Source of the DNA: Amoebophrya sp. A120
Taxonomy: Eukaryota > Protista > Dinoflagellata
Length of the DNA stretch: 64,000 nucleotides
Assembly: GCA_905178155.1 (NCBI GenBank)
Contig: CAJINV010000007.1
Coordinates: 3,299,800 to 3,363,799 of the forward strand
Reading direction: 5' to 3'
The first letter of the stretch is position 1, and each line of letters starts with the position of its first letter. The notes beneath the pieces were generated by a model. The model saw nothing but the letters and a program-made list of their open reading frames with translations. It did not search any database and was not told where the DNA came from. Positions 44,551 through 57,380 of the stretch are shown here, in pieces. The position numbers were made by a program, and so were the translations under genes.

Positions 44551-45618
44551 ATGGCCACGAATACCCTCCCCGTGCTGAATCCCAACAACACAGCCCAGTA
44601 CCTCCTTTCCCTCGATCGCAACCCAGATGTGTTTCTTCACTACTTTGGCGCCGGGCAGCTGTTTCAGCTCGTTCTTTCGGACGCGTTGAGGAAGCATTTG
44701 CAGGAGGTAAGCAAAACGCCTGGGAAAGGACGGGACTCAAAGCAACCGGTGCTGTTTTCTTCTGACACCTCATGGACGGGCTCCGATGGGGGCTTCGACT
44801 TTGGAAAGGCAGCGTATTTTGGGAATCACGTTGACATCGGCGGGTCTGGAGGAGGTAAAGGTAGTGCGACGACGAGTTCGCCTCCTACGGCTGGCGCCGA
44901 GGAAGCTGTCATGACCGAAGCCATTCAGGGCTTTCCCACTTGGACTCGAGGTTCCAGCGGAGATGCACCACCTTCAGCTTCGACCAATCGCGTTGCCGCC
45001 GCGGACAACCGTCTCGTGTTTCTCGGACGTGAGGTGCGGCAGGTTTGCAACCCAGATCTGGAGGCGTCGTCGAGTACGGGGTTGGTCATACAGCTTGTTT
45101 TAGCTCCGACGTACGAGACGGAGATTCAGCAAGAAAGCACAGACGGACTGAAAGCCTATCTAGAGCAAGAGCCCGCTGCCTGGACCGCGGAAGAAATCGA
45201 AGAAAATCAGCTCTTCGGAACAGCCGTGGAGCAACAGGGTTTCGACCCGGATTGCGCCCCGGCCTCCCCTTTAGCGCCCAACGTCGCTGTCGTGAAAGTT
45301 TTGTCGGATCGCAAGCATCGGCATTGGCGAGGAGAGGGCATTTCAGGAGCGACTGCGACACCAAGTGAGTCGTCTGGTACTTGTCCCACTACGCGTCCTT
45401 ACCCAGGTTTGTACCGAGATTTTGGCTCAAATGCTTACTCCAAGGCACACAGGTTTGTATTGCGGTTGTATGATACAGAAGCAGAGTGGAAAAAGGCGCT
45501 AACGGAGGGCAAGGTGTTTGAGAAATTTGGGGATTACCCGAAAAAAAGACCGGAAACGCGAGAGATTGTATACCTGGAAGCTGAGGACGGCTGCAAGGGA
45601 ACGCCAAGTCCTATTTGA
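44551..45618 (+). CDS. Single-exon uncharacterised protein (about 355 aa)
   Basis: ORF 44446-45618 with likely ATG at 44551 (aaaATGg). Globular-looking segments such as FLGREVRQVCNPD..GLVIQLVLA, WTAEEIEEN and FGSNAYSKAHRFVL. Confidence 0.72.
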   Translation: MATNTLPVLNPNNTAQYLLSLDRNPDVFLHYFGAGQLFQLVLSDALRKHLQEVSKTPGKGRDSKQPVLFSSDTSWTGSDGGFDFGKAAYFGNHVDIGGSGGGKGSATTSSPPTAGAEEAVMTEAIQGFPTWTRGSSGDAPPSASTNRVAAADNRLVFLGREVRQVCNPDLEASSSTGLVIQLVLAPTYETEIQQESTDGLKAYLEQEPAAWTAEEIEENQLFGTAVEQQGFDPDCAPASPLAPNVAVVKVLSDRKHRHWRGEGISGATATPSESSGTCPTTRPYPGLYRDFGSNAYSKAHRFVLRLYDTEAEWKKALTEGKVFEKFGDYPKKRPETREIVYLEAEDGCKGTPSPI

Positions 45619-45839
45619 CCATGATGGGCCGTGCAAAATGATTTACATCATGGTCATCTTGATGATGTTTCGGTAGAACATAGCTCCGAAACGCTTATGC
45701 CTAGTGCTAATACAGTACCGGCGAGCTTCAATATACCATAGAAAGAAAGCATAAAAGAAGTCCATGGCATGCTCGACGCCGACGTTGTGGTTGTTCATTT
45801 TTGACACATGCTGTAAAAAGTAAGAATGATATCAGTCTG

Positions 45840-48010
45840 CTTCTGCAGCGAGTGCGAGTGCGCGCGTCCGCGTGCGACTATAGAGAATTCAAAAGGCTGA
45901 GGGGCAGCGTTTACGTCGAGGGGTCGCGCCGGCTGGGCCGTGTTGCGCCTGCATCTTTTGGCCCCAGCAGCTGCGCCGCCGGCCGCCCCCGCTTGGGCGA
46001 TTACTTGGCGCGCCTTTATTACCAAAGCAGCGCGCGCATACGTCTTCAGCACGATCGCGAATCCGTTGGACATCACCGGGAACGTCGGCCCGACATCCCG
46101 GGCGAAAGGGGAGCGCGGCGACTTTCTGAAATTAAGCGGAGAAGCCCCGGCGTTTTACAATCGTGGGCCCCTCCTCGGCACGAATCCCCCGCAGGGCTGG
46201 CGTGGTTCCCCCACCGAGATCCAACAAACGCGGAGGATCTGGGGCGTGTGTTGGTCCAACTTGCAGGAGGTTCGCGGCGGTTTTGCTTGTGCAGTTGGCA
46301 GCCTTTTGCTCGACTTGGCTCGCTTGCCCAGTCGCTTCAGACGCTCGCTGTCCTATTCGTCCGCCCAGTGGCCCCCCGGGGCTCGGGTGATTCACCTGCC
46401 TGCGCGCTCCCCGGAGGGAGCACGCGCCCCATTCATTTTTTCGCCCCCCGCTTGTGAGGCTCACGGGCAGGCGGCCCGGCGATCTATTAAGCGACGGGCC
46501 CGGCCGACACTCGGCCGACGAGGGACGATCGCTCGAGGGCATCTCGTAGGTAGCTCGTTGCCATGGATTAGGCGCGCCGCCGCCGGGCGTGATTTGGCGA
46601 GCGCCGTGGCCCCAGGGGTTTTCTACCTGAACATGGTGGCGCTTGTGGGTGGGTCTGCCATCGGGTGGAACCGGGACCGCTTCCCGGGTTGGGACCATGG
46701 GCGAAGTGTTGGCGAAACTGGCGAACATGGAGAATACCGGCAAGGGCGCAGGGCCCATGAAGGGCACAGGAACCGTCATCGCGCTCTGTTGATTGTGGCC
46801 ACGGCGCTCGCTGCATAGGTCGCCCGCCCGGAGGTTTTGAATCATGCGCGCCGCAGCCTAGCGGCGCGGAGAAGTTTGGCCGCGCTGCTACCAGCGCCCC
46901 TGCGCGGTTGCCCCAGCCAGTGTTGCTTTTATGCCATGCGTGCAGCGTTGGGCGGCGCGATCTTTCGCGCCCGGGGCCGGCCCCTGGCCCGGCCGTCTAT
47001 GGCGGGGCGCGGCGGGCTAGCTAGGCGGCGAGGCTTCCGAAGATGCCTCCGCCAGGCAGGCCGGCGCCCGGCTACGAGACCCCTGGCCCGCCTGCCTGCT
47101 CTGCGCAAATGGGCGCCGGGCGGCCGCGTAGCCCATGCCGCGAGCCGATGGATGTGCAACGATTACGCCGCCCAAAAGACCCTCCGTCCCTCCGCCTGGG
47201 GGCAGTGCCTACGAGGAAGGCGTCATACATCCTGCAGCGCGCGGCCTTCGGTTCGCGGCTCGGTCAGTCATGGGGGCACCGGAAGGCGGGGAGCATACGA
47301 TGAAAAACGCGCGCCAGCTTTTTGCTATTGCTGGCACGCAGACGCGGCGACGGACGTGGCCACGTGTGAGGCGCCCGGCTCCGAATTCGGCCGGCGGCGC
47401 CCCGAAGCGGAAAGACGGGCGGGCCGGTCGCAACAAGACCAATGCGGCGGATCTGATTCGGAAGAGTTTTCTGGTGATTCGAGAACATTTGGACGGTGTT
47501 CCAAACTTCGGGCTTTCGCAATCAGGCTGGTGGCCATAGTATCCGGCGACTGGCTGCAACCTTGGGAGAATGAAGCGCGCGACGAGCGCAACTGGTTCCA
47601 CCAGAAGGACATCTTGACCGACGCGCAGAAGAGTACGACATACCTACAAGAAGCCTGCGGCCGGCGCCCGCGGGCCCCCTGGCCCGCCCGCGTGGCGTTG
47701 CTTGGTTGCCCGGATGCCCCAAGCCCGGGGGCATGTTCAGGCGGGCCGCCCCAAAGGGGAAGGCAGGGGCTGGAGGGGGTGCGCCAGCTCCCGCGCACCC
47801 CGCGCGCAGGCGAAGTTTCCTCATTTCGCATCGACCCCGGCAGCGGGTCGACTAGTTCCCTGGCGGGGGGGGGGGCGCGCAGTCAGGTGCGCCTTTTCGC
47901 CTCCGGCGCCGGTATTAGTTTCCTTCCTTGTTGTTGGCCGCAATGTTGCCGCGCCGGCAAAGAGGGTTGCGGCCCGCGCCACTTTGCAGCCGTGCCTAAT
48001 CTGGAGCGCC
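45840..48010. other. GC-rich island without convincing genes (possible decayed mobile element)
   Basis: Abrupt shift to very GC-rich sequence with G/C runs. ORFs in all frames are Arg/Ala/Gly/Pro-rich and lack the codon style of neighbouring genes. Boundaries are approximate. Confidence 0.5.
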
Positions 48011-48840
48011 CTTTCCATTTATCAATTCGGATTGTGCTTGATGCGGGCAGATTTAGCTATGCGTACTCTGTGTCACAATGTGTCATGTGTTGCTCGTCGG
48101 CTGGCCAGACCAGTATTCAACCTGGTATACAGTTCTCGTGCTTTATGTTTTTGAGTTTTCCGCACGTAGCCTCGTTCAAGGCCTATGGCTCCAGTGCCTT
48201 CTTTTTTTCGATGCACTTTTTTTCGTGACGATCGTGCAGACCTTTTTTTCGTCCTTCACATCGCTCAATGCACCACCGGTCGCGTACGCGTTGGTGCTCA
48301 TATTTTGCAAGAGACATTGATGCTGGCTCTTCATATATCTAAACTAAAGGTCGGCGCGGCCGCTACTTATCTGTGTGCTACTTACTTACTAGTAAAGGAA
48401 TGCGTGGTTTTTCCATCTCATCGTACTGTTTCTGAGGTCCGCCATCGCGAGCTCGTATCGTGCAACTGTAAGCATGAAGGGTAGTTTCCGTTCACCTACC
48501 ACACTACATGTGCGGCTGTAGCCTCATCAACTTTTGAAGATCCTTTGGAACAAAGTTCTGAATAACGATCGCCAGGGCCTCTTTTTGATCCGTTTTGTAC
48601 CCCCATTTCAAAGCTGTAAAGTTTCAAAAGCAAGAACAAAAAATAAAAAAGTTTTCTGTCATCAAGTAGAAGTTTGTATTTGCCTTTATTGCAACTGGCC
48701 CAGCAAACCTCCTAGGTGGGGTGTGGTCGGAGGTTTCCGACCGGGTTCTTTCGTTGGATTTTTTTTCAAGAATTTTTTTTCAAGTAATTTCAACATCCCT
48801 ATCCTTTAGCTTCTTCTATCCCCATAATTCCCGCGACAAG

Positions 48841-51243
48841 ATGTCTGCCCCGGTCCCGCCCGTTTGGAGCAAGGCGGCGAAGAACTCGGAGGAGTACAAG
48901 AATTACATGGCGGCCAAAATTTTTATGTGGCTGACCCGCGCGAAGATCACGCGGCTGTACCGGCGGGTGTACCCGCTGTGCGAGGCGCTTTTCCGGGACC
49001 ACGTGCACCAGAAGGGGAAAAGAGCCTTCGAGGACGGCGACGAGGCGTTCGAGGTGCTCTCCGTCGCGCCCGAACACAAAAAGCAGCAGTACGACTTCCA
49101 GTGCGTGTTTGGGCTCTGGGAGGAGGAGGAGCTTTCCGTGAAGATGTTCCGCACTTTATTTCGGGTTTGGATGACGCGCAACGTCGAGACCGCGCCGAAG
49201 ACCCACGTGAAACTGCTGCTGTACCGGTTGCCGAAACGGGACCAATCCATCCTGTATTCTCCGTCGGACTCCGAGGGCGACAGCGAGTCCGAGTACGAGA
49301 AGATCGGCGAGATTGAGGTGAAGGTGAGGTCCAGAAAGACGAAGTTGGAACGGCGCGCCGCGCGGAAGGACGTGGATGGGGCAAACACGTTACTCGAATA
49401 CGTGAAACGGAAGAAAAACTGGAAGAAGGGCTGCCGGCCCGACCCGGCCTGGACGCAGCCCCACATCAACTACACGCTGTACGAGAAAGCGAAGAAAGCC
49501 TGGGAAGCGGAGCGGGCCGCGCACCACGGCCTGACCGCGAAATTCCAGAATTTCGGGGCGGAAGAAGCGGATGGCAGTACTTTGATGAACGGGGTGAAGC
49601 GGTCGCTGCAGATGAAGCACTCGAAATTGGGATTTCGCGGGAAGCATGAGACGGAATTCCTGAAAATCATGAAGGAGCGCGACGGACACGACAAAAGAGA
49701 TTTAAGAGACGCAGGGTTGGAGGATGTTCACGAGGCCTTTCACTGTGGGAAATGCTTGGAGGAGCAGGGGTGGAGACCGGTATTTCTACCTTTTGCGTTT
49801 ATTCTATGTATGATTGAATGCTTTGTGTATTGCGTTTGCGTGGTGATCATGCCCTTTAGGTTTAGTGCGGAAACCTGGTCGTGCTACGCTGCTAAGGATG
49901 ACCCAGCACCCGCAGAAGTCACGCTTGATCCCACCATCTCTACCAATTTTCCAAAACTCTTTTCTCAGGACTACGTCTATCACGTGGCCTCCCTGTCCGG
50001 TGAGCAGGCCGCCCAGGGTTTGAACCCGAAAAGACGCATTGTGATTGACGAGTCGCTAGTCGATCTGCTCTGCGACGGCGTCTGCAGCTACGCGCGGGTG
50101 TACAAACTCGCGAAAGGCATTGCGGACGACATGGAGTGGCGCACCACAGAGGAGTTTGACCCGGATTTGTACAACCCGAAAAAGCGCAAGCACAGTGGCG
50201 ATTCCGGCGCGAACGGAAACGGAAATGGGAACAACAACAACTCCGGGTCGCTACTGGATGAGGAGGAGGACGACAAGCACAAATCTCTCTTCGAACTCCC
50301 GGAAGAGAAGGAGAAACTCCCCTGTAAAACCCTCTGTTTGGTTCTCCCGGACAAGTACTGTGTGTATTTATCCACCTTATTCACGATGGACAGCCGGGAG
50401 ACGCCGCAACTGAACCCGGGGGACGTTGCGTGCTACCAGACCTTCGAGCCCCTGCGCAACTACAGCGCGGGGACGCTGTGGGGGAAGATTCTATACGGCA
50501 GCTGCTTCGACGGGGAACAGTCCATGTTTGGCACCAAATCCTCCCGGAGGACGAGTTTGCTGTCCTCCATGGGCATCAGCTCGGACTATCGGGGTTCGAA
50601 CCGCCCGAGCTCCGCGCAATCCCGAAACAGCAACAGCACGACAAACTCCGACCACTTCCACACGCATCATGGTCAACATCACAAGCAACCGGCCCGGAAC
50701 CCGCGGGAATTGATCTTTCCGGAAAAGGTGTTTTTCTCCCGGAAGCAGAAGCTGATCGAGTTCGCCCGGAGTTGGATCGACACGCCGCATTTGCCGAAAG
50801 AGAGCTACTGCGAGGACTATTTGTGGTACGGGACGAGATCGCTGTGGGACCAGAACATCGGGGCGGGCATGGTCTGGGACGAACCGCCGAAGTACACACT
50901 GAACATGGTGCAGGAGGAGTGCGAGAAGCAAGCCTCGTTGCTCGCGACCTTTGAGAAGGACCCGCTGCGACAGTGGCGGTTTTGGACGTTCCGGAAGCAG
51001 GATTTTCGGTTGGGCGAAAAGTACGTGGGCGAAGCGAACGAATTTCTCGACCAGCGCGCGGCCTACTTCGAGGAAAGGAACCAAAAGGCGGAGGGGGGCG
51101 GGAAGAAGAAGGCGGGGAAGAAAGATAAGAAGGAATCCCCGGGCAAAAAAGCGAAGGCGGGGAAAGCGAAGGGCGGAGGTGCCAAGCCCGACGCACAGGA
51201 GGGGCCGGACCCAAATGACTACCTGGACTTCATCACGGGCTGA
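48841..51243 (+). CDS. Protein with a degenerate histidine-phosphatase (SixA-like) domain, probable in-frame intron 49780-49968
   Basis: KRSLQMKHSK (cf. LxLxRHAKS), DKRDLRDAG..EA..CGKCLEEQGWRP|DYVY (cf. DRPLxxxG...GWxPDxI), IVIDESL, KTLCLV, LNPGDVACY. The intron is GT-AG, 189 nt, stop-free and T-richer than the exons. Confidence 0.6.
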   Translation: MSAPVPPVWSKAAKNSEEYKNYMAAKIFMWLTRAKITRLYRRVYPLCEALFRDHVHQKGKRAFEDGDEAFEVLSVAPEHKKQQYDFQCVFGLWEEEELSVKMFRTLFRVWMTRNVETAPKTHVKLLLYRLPKRDQSILYSPSDSEGDSESEYEKIGEIEVKVRSRKTKLERRAARKDVDGANTLLEYVKRKKNWKKGCRPDPAWTQPHINYTLYEKAKKAWEAERAAHHGLTAKFQNFGAEEADGSTLMNGVKRSLQMKHSKLGFRGKHETEFLKIMKERDGHDKRDLRDAGLEDVHEAFHCGKCLEEQGWRPVFLPFAFILCMIECFVYCVCVVIMPFRFSAETWSCYAAKDDPAPAEVTLDPTISTNFPKLFSQDYVYHVASLSGEQAAQGLNPKRRIVIDESLVDLLCDGVCSYARVYKLAKGIADDMEWRTTEEFDPDLYNPKKRKHSGDSGANGNGNGNNNNSGSLLDEEEDDKHKSLFELPEEKEKLPCKTLCLVLPDKYCVYLSTLFTMDSRETPQLNPGDVACYQTFEPLRNYSAGTLWGKILYGSCFDGEQSMFGTKSSRRTSLLSSMGISSDYRGSNRPSSAQSRNSNSTTNSDHFHTHHGQHHKQPARNPRELIFPEKVFFSRKQKLIEFARSWIDTPHLPKESYCEDYLWYGTRSLWDQNIGAGMVWDEPPKYTLNMVQEECEKQASLLATFEKDPLRQWRFWTFRKQDFRLGEKYVGEANEFLDQRAAYFEERNQKAEGGGKKKAGKKDKKESPGKKAKAGKAKGGGAKPDAQEGPDPNDYLDFITG

Positions 51244-51775
51244 TAGAAGGCACTTCCAGATGGATTTTTTGAAGACGCTCTACAGAAAAATGTTTCTGTT
51301 TCGCATTACAATTTTTCGTTTCGAAGTTTATTGATCGAGCGCAGCAAAAAGGTCAACGTTGTGGATTTTTCTCCACTCCGAGCTAGATGATCGGATAGTC
51401 CGTCCGTTTCAACACTCTCCCTTGTTCGTTTTGTTCGACAATGCGTTTGTGTGCGGGGGAAATTTTTGGTTTCATCTCAAACCGCATGACAAAAACAAAG
51501 TCAATGAGGCACCTCCAGTCTCAGTGTAGTTCTTTGTCTGCTTTACTTGCTCTGTGTTGTGTTTGAGCGGCGCGAGGGCGCAACACGACATCAGTACTAA
51601 GTCTGAGAGGGAGAGGGGGTAGAACAGAGAACAAGGTAGAGAGTGAAGGATTTTTTCCTCCACGGCTGACACTTTTTCCAACAAAATTACTTAGCCCATT
51701 TCAACTAGGCCTGCCAAGCGCTCTTCACAATTGTTCCCTATTTCACCTCTCCCACTGCAAAATGTGGATACCAGG

Positions 51776-54700
51776 ATGAAGCAACCTGTGGTGCACATCG
51801 GCGTGGCGATAGCCGGTGTGCACGGAGTGCTCGTGCAGCAGGGCCTGCAAAACCAGAACTCCCACACGATAACCCTGCACCAGCACGCCTTTCAACAGCA
51901 GCAGCAACAGCAGGGAACTACAAGAGCAGCGAGTCGAGACCAGCATGGTCGTCAGTTCCAGTTCCCCGGTGGCAGCACCCCCGCGGGCAATGTTGCGACG
52001 ACCTACGGGGCGTACGCCGGCGGGGCAACCATGCCCGTGGGCGGCCCGCAGCCGCCCATCACCCCGCCCGACATCTACCCGCAGTTGACCGCCGGGCTCC
52101 CGGCCGGATCGGTGCCGCAGCCGCCACCGAGTCGGCCGGAGCAGCAGGTCCTGGCGCAGAAGGGGACGGAGGATTTGGTGGCGACGCTGTCGCAGCCGAA
52201 GATGGATGACACCGGCAATTTGATGTACTTTGCCGCCGTAAACTCGGCGGGGCCCTTGAGTAATCCCGACAACGTGAAAAAAGCGGCGGAGGCAAACGAG
52301 AAGCTGCTCGCGCGGTCATTGGGGACCAGCGGGGGAAACGGAACGGCCGACATCGGAGGGTTCACTTCGGTATGTAGAATTCTAGAATTTCTGTGGTTTC
52401 TTTACAACTGTGACGCACGACGTTTATTTGACCTGCACACGTCGCATCAACATGAGAAGCTGAAGCATTTACTGCATCAAAAGATAAAGATCACGACGAT
52501 TTGTCCTGAGTAATTACAGGCTATCAAGAAAGCAACCGCGGGCGTAATGGCGCAGTATCAGAAGATGGTGGCGCAAAAGGCCTCGACGGACAAGGCCCTG
52601 GCGGATATGACCAAATCCCTGAAGGAAATGGTGGACTGCGAGGAAAAAACGGTGGAGGACGCGACCGCGTTGAACCCCGCCGCAGCGCAAACCTTCCCGA
52701 CCCCGCAGCAGCAAACACCGCCACCGCCCCTGCCGAGTGGGATGACGCCACTGGACGCGGGTACTATACGGATTTGAGATACATGTATGACATGACATGT
52801 AGTTCTCTGACGTCTGCGCAACACGTCTAGTATCCGTCTGAAGTTTTACTTTGAGTTTGGTCACTCACTTCTAACCTGCACAAGAACCTTTACAAAAATA
52901 CAAACCGGCAGCTTCCGCCAAAGCCGCGGCCGCAACGGGGGGAGCTACTGCACCGTCGACCGGCAACGCCGCACTGGTGCAGCACAGACGCGACGAGGCT
53001 GCGTCGCCTGGGATTGAGCTGAGTTTGTCGGAGACAGGCAGGAGAATGACTGACGGACAAATGAGCATGAGAAAGAAGAAGAAGAAGAACGACAGTCACG
53101 AGAACAATTTGCAGAAAAACTACAAAAAGAATCCTTTCGGCGTCGCGCCCTCGCTAGATGCGGAGGAACAGGACTGGTCCGGGCCGGACGAAGATAGTAC
53201 AACTACTGAATCCGACTACTCCGAAGATTTTCTCGAGCACCAACGAGACCAAAATGCGGCAGAAGAAGGACAAGGAGCAGACGCTGAGTCAGAAGCCAGC
53301 ACCGAAGGAGCGGCAAGTGAGTCCACAGTGGCTGACCAAACTACGTCAACAGAATCGTCCTCGCAGCAAACAGCGTCGTCCTGCGAATACGAAGAAGCGG
53401 AAGTCGGGTACTGCCGCGAGCAGGAACTCGGATTCGACGAGAACCAATTTTCGTTGTCCCAACAATCCGCCTCATCTCAACAAAAACATAAAAGCAAAAA
53501 GACTGCACAGGAGGAGTTTCAGCAGGCCATGGTGAGCCCTGACTTCGCCCGGTGCAGCTACAGCGATACCGTGCAGGACTGCAAAAAGCTCTGCGACAAG
53601 ACCACCGGGTGTAAAGCCCTCGATCATTCCGCCGAATCTGCAGTCTGCTGCCTGTACAAAACGGGCTTGGTGCGGGGAAACCGGTCGCTGGACAAGCAAG
53701 TGAGCTGCACCAGGAAAATCAACGGGAACTGCAAGATCGACGAGAAAAAAGCTGCTGTAGCAAGCGAAAAGAAGCAGGAAAGTAGAAAAGGTGTGAAAAA
53801 GACAAAAGCAGCAAATGCGGGGAAAGGGAGAAAAAAGAAGGATGACTTGAAATTGAACGCCAAGAAGCAAAAAGAACAGGCAGCGAAGAAAAAGAAAAAA
53901 CCTCACCCGGTATTATGGAATCGCTATGGAATGCGAAAATGATAGCGAAAGGAATTTTCGTAACGCTGCTGCTCTGCAATTGCAAGTGCATGACAGAGCA
54001 TTTCTGTCATGCAGTAGAGGCAGAATTGGAATTCCGAAGAGCAGAAATTCCGCGCAATTTTTCTTTGATGCTACCTGGGAAGACACCCTTCTTGGTCGAG
54101 AGTATCCGGTAGTTTGAGATGGAAATTTTGTACGTTGATAGTACTGAAGTTGGATTCCCAAGCTCGTGACGCAACACCGCAAACGCATGGCATGCATTCG
54201 TAGTTACCGCCATTTGTCATGATCCTTCAGAACAATATGAAAGAGTCAAATGCACATACATCTTGATCAGGTCGTCCGCCCCACGCTGAATGTCCTTCAA
54301 ACCGGCGAGGACCTGCTCTCCCCTGCGGAAGCGGCAGCCGCCATGTTGGATCGACCAATTGAGCCGATGCCACAACGAACGGACTATTACCCAAGCATGC
54401 AGGGCGACTTTCTGGCGGGTACTATGCATACATGAAGCCCCAGTATACATGCAGCAGTTGTTCGCTTGTTTTGCAGAATTTTGTTCGTGCTAGCAGTTTT
54501 ATTGGACAAGAATGAAGTAGAGTTTGACCGAGATTGGAGAATAAAAGAAAACGCAAACATGTTCTTACCGACCACAGGTGCCCACCCGACCCTATTCCCG
54601 AGTCACCTCCACCGCCAAGAAGCAAAGCAAGATGCATCAACAAAAAGCGCAGAGAAGGATGACGCCGAGCAAACCTCCGGCGCCATTGAAAGACTGAAGG

Positions 54701-56010
54701 CCGAGGCGCGCGCGAAGGAGCACCAGCTAGAGGAGCAGATGCACTCTTTGGAGGCGGAAAGGGAGGAAAGTCAGCGGATTCAAAACGAGCAGAAGCGTGA
54801 GCTGGCGGAAGCCCAAAACGCGGTCGAGGAGTTGCACCGACAAAATGTGGAACTGCAGCAGGGCGCAACAAGTAGAACACGAGCACCCATGTCAACAACG
54901 TCAGTATCATCTCCCTCGAAGCTAACCAGTATGAGTTTAGTGGAAAAGAGCAGAGCGGAGATGATGACCTCTACTTCTGCTCTGCAGTCTGCCCGGGAAG
55001 GTCTCACCTACGACAATACCAACGAGCAGATGTTCCTCCAACAGGCGTCCGCGATGATGCGCACCGCGGGGAAGTACACGCTTGTCGAGAAGTCCTCGGT
55101 GATCAGCAAGGAACAGTGCGACATTCCGGTGGACAACCGGGCCACCTGTTTGGAGGACGTGATGTTCGACGCCCACACGCTGCGGAAGGAGGTCCGACTA
55201 TCGACAGCGCCGCACGGGTGTAACTGGTTCCGGTCGAAATCTAGCAAAAAGCACGGCCCGATCGTGTTTTGGAACGATTTCAACCCGGACGCGCAGGAGT
55301 TGGAGGTCACAGCGAAAGAATCGCACCCCATGATGCAGATGCACGGCGGCCCGGTGTGCGTCAACAACGAGGACAGGAGGAAGAGTAGTGACCTGTCAAG
55401 GTTCAACACTCCGCGGAGTAGCGAAGATTTGAACGGCAGGAAGATGAATGGCGGACAAATAAACCAGGCCTACAGCAATGATTTGTACCAGATGACATCA
55501 AATCCTGCTGGTTCCACTTCCAACGCCCTGTATCGCGATGAACAAATCGATCCCAGATCAACCGCCAATCAGAACATGCAGATGCTGCAAATGCAGGATC
55601 AGCAACAGCAGGGTCTTTTGGAAAATCCACAACAAGGACAACTACTCCAGGGCGGAGTTGTGGCCGCACCAGGGCAAGAACTGCAACAGGCCACGTCCTT
55701 CACGGGATCCGCGCCGCCGGGAGCTGGTAGTCAAGACGGGTCATCATTTTTCGGGTCCACAGAACAAACAGCAGCATTTCAGCGCCCTTCGGAACAACTA
55801 GTACAGCAGGCCGCTCCTGATGGTCGACTGACGACGCAAGAACAGTTCGTAGGGCAGGGGCAGGAGATGATGCAAACATTTGAACAAGAACCCTCGCAGA
55901 TGATGATCATGCAGCAGCAGCAGCAGCAGCAGCTGCAGCCCGGGCAAGTGATGATGCAACAGGTGCCAATTGTGCAGCAGCAACCACAGGGAATCATCTA
56001 TCCGATGTAA
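51776..56010 (+). CDS. Multi-exon, probably secreted protein with a PAN/apple domain, coiled coil and Gln-rich tail
   Basis: Hydrophobic N-terminus. GT-AG introns at 52370-52519, 52761-52884, 53910-54270 and 54419-54577 are in phase. DTVQDCKKLCDKTTGCKALDHSAESAVCCLYK fits the PAN C-x3-C-x5-C...C-x-L pattern. Confidence 0.68.
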
Positions 56011-57380
56011 GCAATACGGACAAGATGAAAAGACGGTGGAGAAGCAGTTTCCAGCGAGGGCAGGTGTAGTGGAGCGGAGAAATAAGGGCAACGGGGTCCT
56101 CGAGAGGCAGGATCTTCTTTTAGATTAGATTGACAAGAAGGAGGAAATCTAACGAAAAGTGCGGAAGCGTCAATTTTGAATTTTTTTTTGAACTCGGGAC
56201 ATCAAGTGTCGCATTGAGTCTCACGCTATCAACATCAGGAAAACATCATGTGATTCAACATCTATGCAACCCTCTTAACTATTCTATTCAATTCAACCGA
56301 AATACAAATTCGTCAAAAGTAAGTCAAGACTTCACGAAAGCTCTCAAATCTAGCGAGAGCATTCTTGGTGGAATCTCAAGAGTGCGATACATAGTTTCGA
56401 ATAACCATAAAGCATCCACAAACGAATATCAAATATTTACCGAGCTGCAACACCTAGCGATGACTGACAAGGATGCTGCTGAAATGTGACGAATGCCAAG
56501 ACTTTTTTTCATCGGGGCACGGAACTATGCCAGATGAAAGGTGTATGATTTTGATTCAGAAATAAACTAGTACTGGGCATCAAGAACAATCTTTCGCGTC
56601 TGGCAACGGCAGTGGTGTTGTGGCTCATGTGCAGAAATGAGAGGAAACTACAAGCTCGAAGTGCAACAAAAAAAAAAGTATGCCAGTGCGCGACCGACGT
56701 GGATCTTGATGAGTGGCGTTGAGTTGCAATTGCAGAACGGTCATGGAGTGACAGAAGAGGCACATAGGCTACCGATGCGGTCCGCGTTGCCTCCTTGAGC
56801 AGGGCCGCGCTAGCCGATAGCGCATTTCCGAAAGTGGGTCGATGTGTCGCGTCGGCGTGCGCGCGGCCGTTTTGTCCCTCTTGGCGTGCAAGGATGTAGC
56901 TCAGCGACGCAGGTGTTCGCAATCTTTCGCAAGCACCAATCTACGCCGCAGTACCAGCCGAGTTTGGGGCGTTCGCGTTTATTTGCGGTCGTCGACGAGG
57001 ATTGAAAGACAAATACTGTCTTGAACCTCTTGGCCGCTGGATTTGCATTTCGCCTTCAATAGCAAGTGGACCTGGACCAGTTTCATATGACGCCTTGTAT
57101 AGGTTGGAGCGAAGCTGCTGCACGAACAGTATCTATGGACACGGTACTAACTGGATATACAAGATGAAGATGCATCAACATAGGGACGGTAAGACCGTAG
57201 ATTTAGGCCTGCTAGCATCACAGCAGAAGCAGTCGAAAAATGTGAGGCGCGAGGCGTGTTATGACTGAGATGGGGCCTTCGCCCTCGCCTGGCCGCGGCC
57301 AGGCGAGGGAACAGCGCGATCTTCTCCGGCCGCGGAATTGTTCCCGGAATAGAAAACATTGCTTTGCGGCCAGCAAAGGA

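Noticed and set aside
45414-45430. ccgagattttggctcaa resembles the dinoflagellate spliced leader (CCGTAGCCATTTTGGCTCAAG)
   Set aside because: Only 12 contiguous matches, and it lies deep in a CDS (RDFGSN) rather than a 5' UTR. Chance is likely.
45801-48228. ORFs of 218-463 aa in the GC-rich island as genes or a transposase
   Set aside because: Long ORFs are expected at this GC content. No DDE, RT or recombinase motifs were recognised.
55911-55938. CAG trinucleotide run
   Set aside because: An ordinary polyGln tract within a CDS.
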